Origin: an uncultured Chloroflexia bacterium
GTDB taxonomy: Bacteria > Chloroflexota > Limnocylindria > Limnocylindrales > CSP1-4
NCBI GenBank assembly: GCA_963788685.1
Contig: CAWBHP010000004.1
Coordinates: 147,095-211,094, forward strand
Direction: 5' to 3'
Length of the DNA: 64,000 nucleotides
Shown here: piece after piece, positions 63,207-64,000 of the stretch
How positions within the stretch are numbered: the stretch's first letter is position 1
Layout: the number at the start of each line of letters is the position of its first letter
Program-made: the position numbers and the translations under genes
Notes under the pieces: model-generated
Told to the model about the DNA's origin: nothing
Seen by the model: the letters and a program-made list of their open reading frames with translations, nothing else
The model's database searches: none

Positions 63207-64000
63207 TCAGCGGTAGTCGTGCAGCTCGACCGCCCGGCCGGAGCTCGCACTCTCGACCACGGCCTGGAGGATCGCGACGACCTCGAGCGCCTCCTCGCCG
63301 CCTGTCTCGGGCCGCTCGCCCGTCCGGATGCAGCGAGCGAATTCCGACAGCTCATCAGCGACGGTGTCGAGGGGCGCCACGGGTTCGCTCGTCCGATCCT
63401 CGGCCGGGCGGCGCTGGACATAGAGGGTCGAGCCCTCCGCCTCGTTCCAGACAATCGCGTCGGTGCCGTAGACCGCCAGATTGGTGACCTCGCCGGTGAA
63501 GTGGGAGGTTCCGATGTACCCGACCGGGCCGCTCTCGTATTCGATGAGGACACCCGTCACGTCGTCGATCGCCAGCTTCCCGACGAACCGCTTGCTGAAC
63601 GCGAACAGTTGGCGCGCCGGCCCCGCGAAGTACTGGAACGTGTCGGTCATGTGGACGCCCATCCCGGTCATTCCCCCGGCCGGGGCCTCGTCCGGCGACC
63701 GGCGCCACTGCGGCAAACCCGGGTTGTGACCGGACGGCGATGACTGATTGCCCTCCAGCTGGAGCAGGGTGCCCAAGCCGCCGCCGACGATCAACTCCTT
63801 GATGAATCGGTTGGCCGGTTGGCGCCGCCGGTTGTGCCCGACCTGAAGGGTGACGCCGGCCGTCGAGGCCGCCAGGATCGCCCGCCTGGCATCGTCGACC
63901 GTCAGCGTGAATGGCTTCTCCACGTAGACCGACTTCCCGGCGGTCGCAGCCTCGACGACGAGATCGGCATGCGTCGAGTGCGGCGTCGCGATGATCACCC
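63207..64000 (-). CDS. Gfo/Idh/MocA family oxidoreductase (N-terminus beyond window edge)
   Basis: ...IIATPHSTHADLVVEAATAGKSVYVEKPFT...LQVGHNRR...AVELHDYR, stop at 63207-63209. Confidence 0.8.
   Translation of the reverse strand, partial: VIIATPHSTHADLVVEAATAGKSVYVEKPFTLTVDDARRAILAASTAGVTLQVGHNRRRQPANRFIKELIVGGGLGTLLQLEGNQSSPSGHNPGLPQWRRSPDEAPAGGMTGMGVHMTDTFQYFAGPARQLFAFSKRFVGKLAIDDVTGVLIEYESGPVGYIGTSHFTGEVTNLAVYGTDAIVWNEAEGSTLYVQRRPAEDRTSEPVAPLDTVADELSEFARCIRTGERPETGGEEALEVVAILQAVVESASSGRAVELHDYR

Noticed and set aside
1-64000. tRNA, rRNA, CRISPR arrays, transposases, integrases, defence-system ATPases or nucleases
   Set aside because: Reading the six-frame track and the intergenic regions turned up nothing with these signatures. 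The longest spacers (11154-11450, 40578-40756, 54777-54937) contain only the promoter or hairpin elements already listed.

Overview
This is a GC-rich (by eye about two-thirds G+C or more), gene-dense bacterial chromosomal window whose proteins look Actinomycetota/Chloroflexota-like. I saw no rRNA, tRNA, CRISPR array, transposase or integrase. Layout: (i) 1-4.6 kb holds a thrC-like gene, eda-kdgK, a GGCT gene and a TetR gene translationally coupled to mgsA. (ii) 4.6-12.4 kb is a signalling block. Two paralogous XRE/small-membrane-protein modules bracket a GGDEF cyclase. A three-gene two-component operon follows (hybrid kinase, a PAS-PAS kinase with a near-perfect 384-bp tandem duplication, and a receiver), then an orphan receiver. 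(iii) 12.4-20.9 kb holds a methyltransferase, zf-UBP protein, cupin, two paralogous MDR oxidoreductase loci with HTH/TetR regulators, an amidohydrolase and a Kelch-like lipoprotein. (iv) 20.9-64 kb is a large paralogue-rich catabolic super-cluster: an agmatinase-family enzyme, 3 D-2-hydroxyacid dehydrogenases, 2 amidases, 2 family-III CoA-transferases, 2 M24 creatinase-like hydrolases, 3 amidohydrolase_2 proteins, 2 nitrilase-superfamily enzymes, 2 MFS transporters, a CUT1-type ABC system, and a CoxL-type Mo subunit lacking partner subunits but followed by two Zn-ADHs. It also carries HMGL-like, CitE-like, PpsA/RPH-like, OCD, DUF1989, RidA and CocE/NonD genes and one GntR/FCD regulator. Observations worth a second look: a recurrent 13-nt promoter-proximal box (once a perfect 16-bp palindrome) linking five transcription units of the cluster; a duplicated 5' module (21-nt box plus a DRNGD N-terminus) shared by the GGDEF and hybrid-kinase genes; duplicated XRE control regions with direct-repeat operators and SD-sequestering hairpins; several apparently leaderless genes; three in-frame gene junctions without a stop codon; and more than 25 apparent frameshifts, strongly clustered in three genes at 54.7-63.2 kb (gene decay or local assembly error). 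All functions are inferred from motifs read in the supplied translations; no database search was run.
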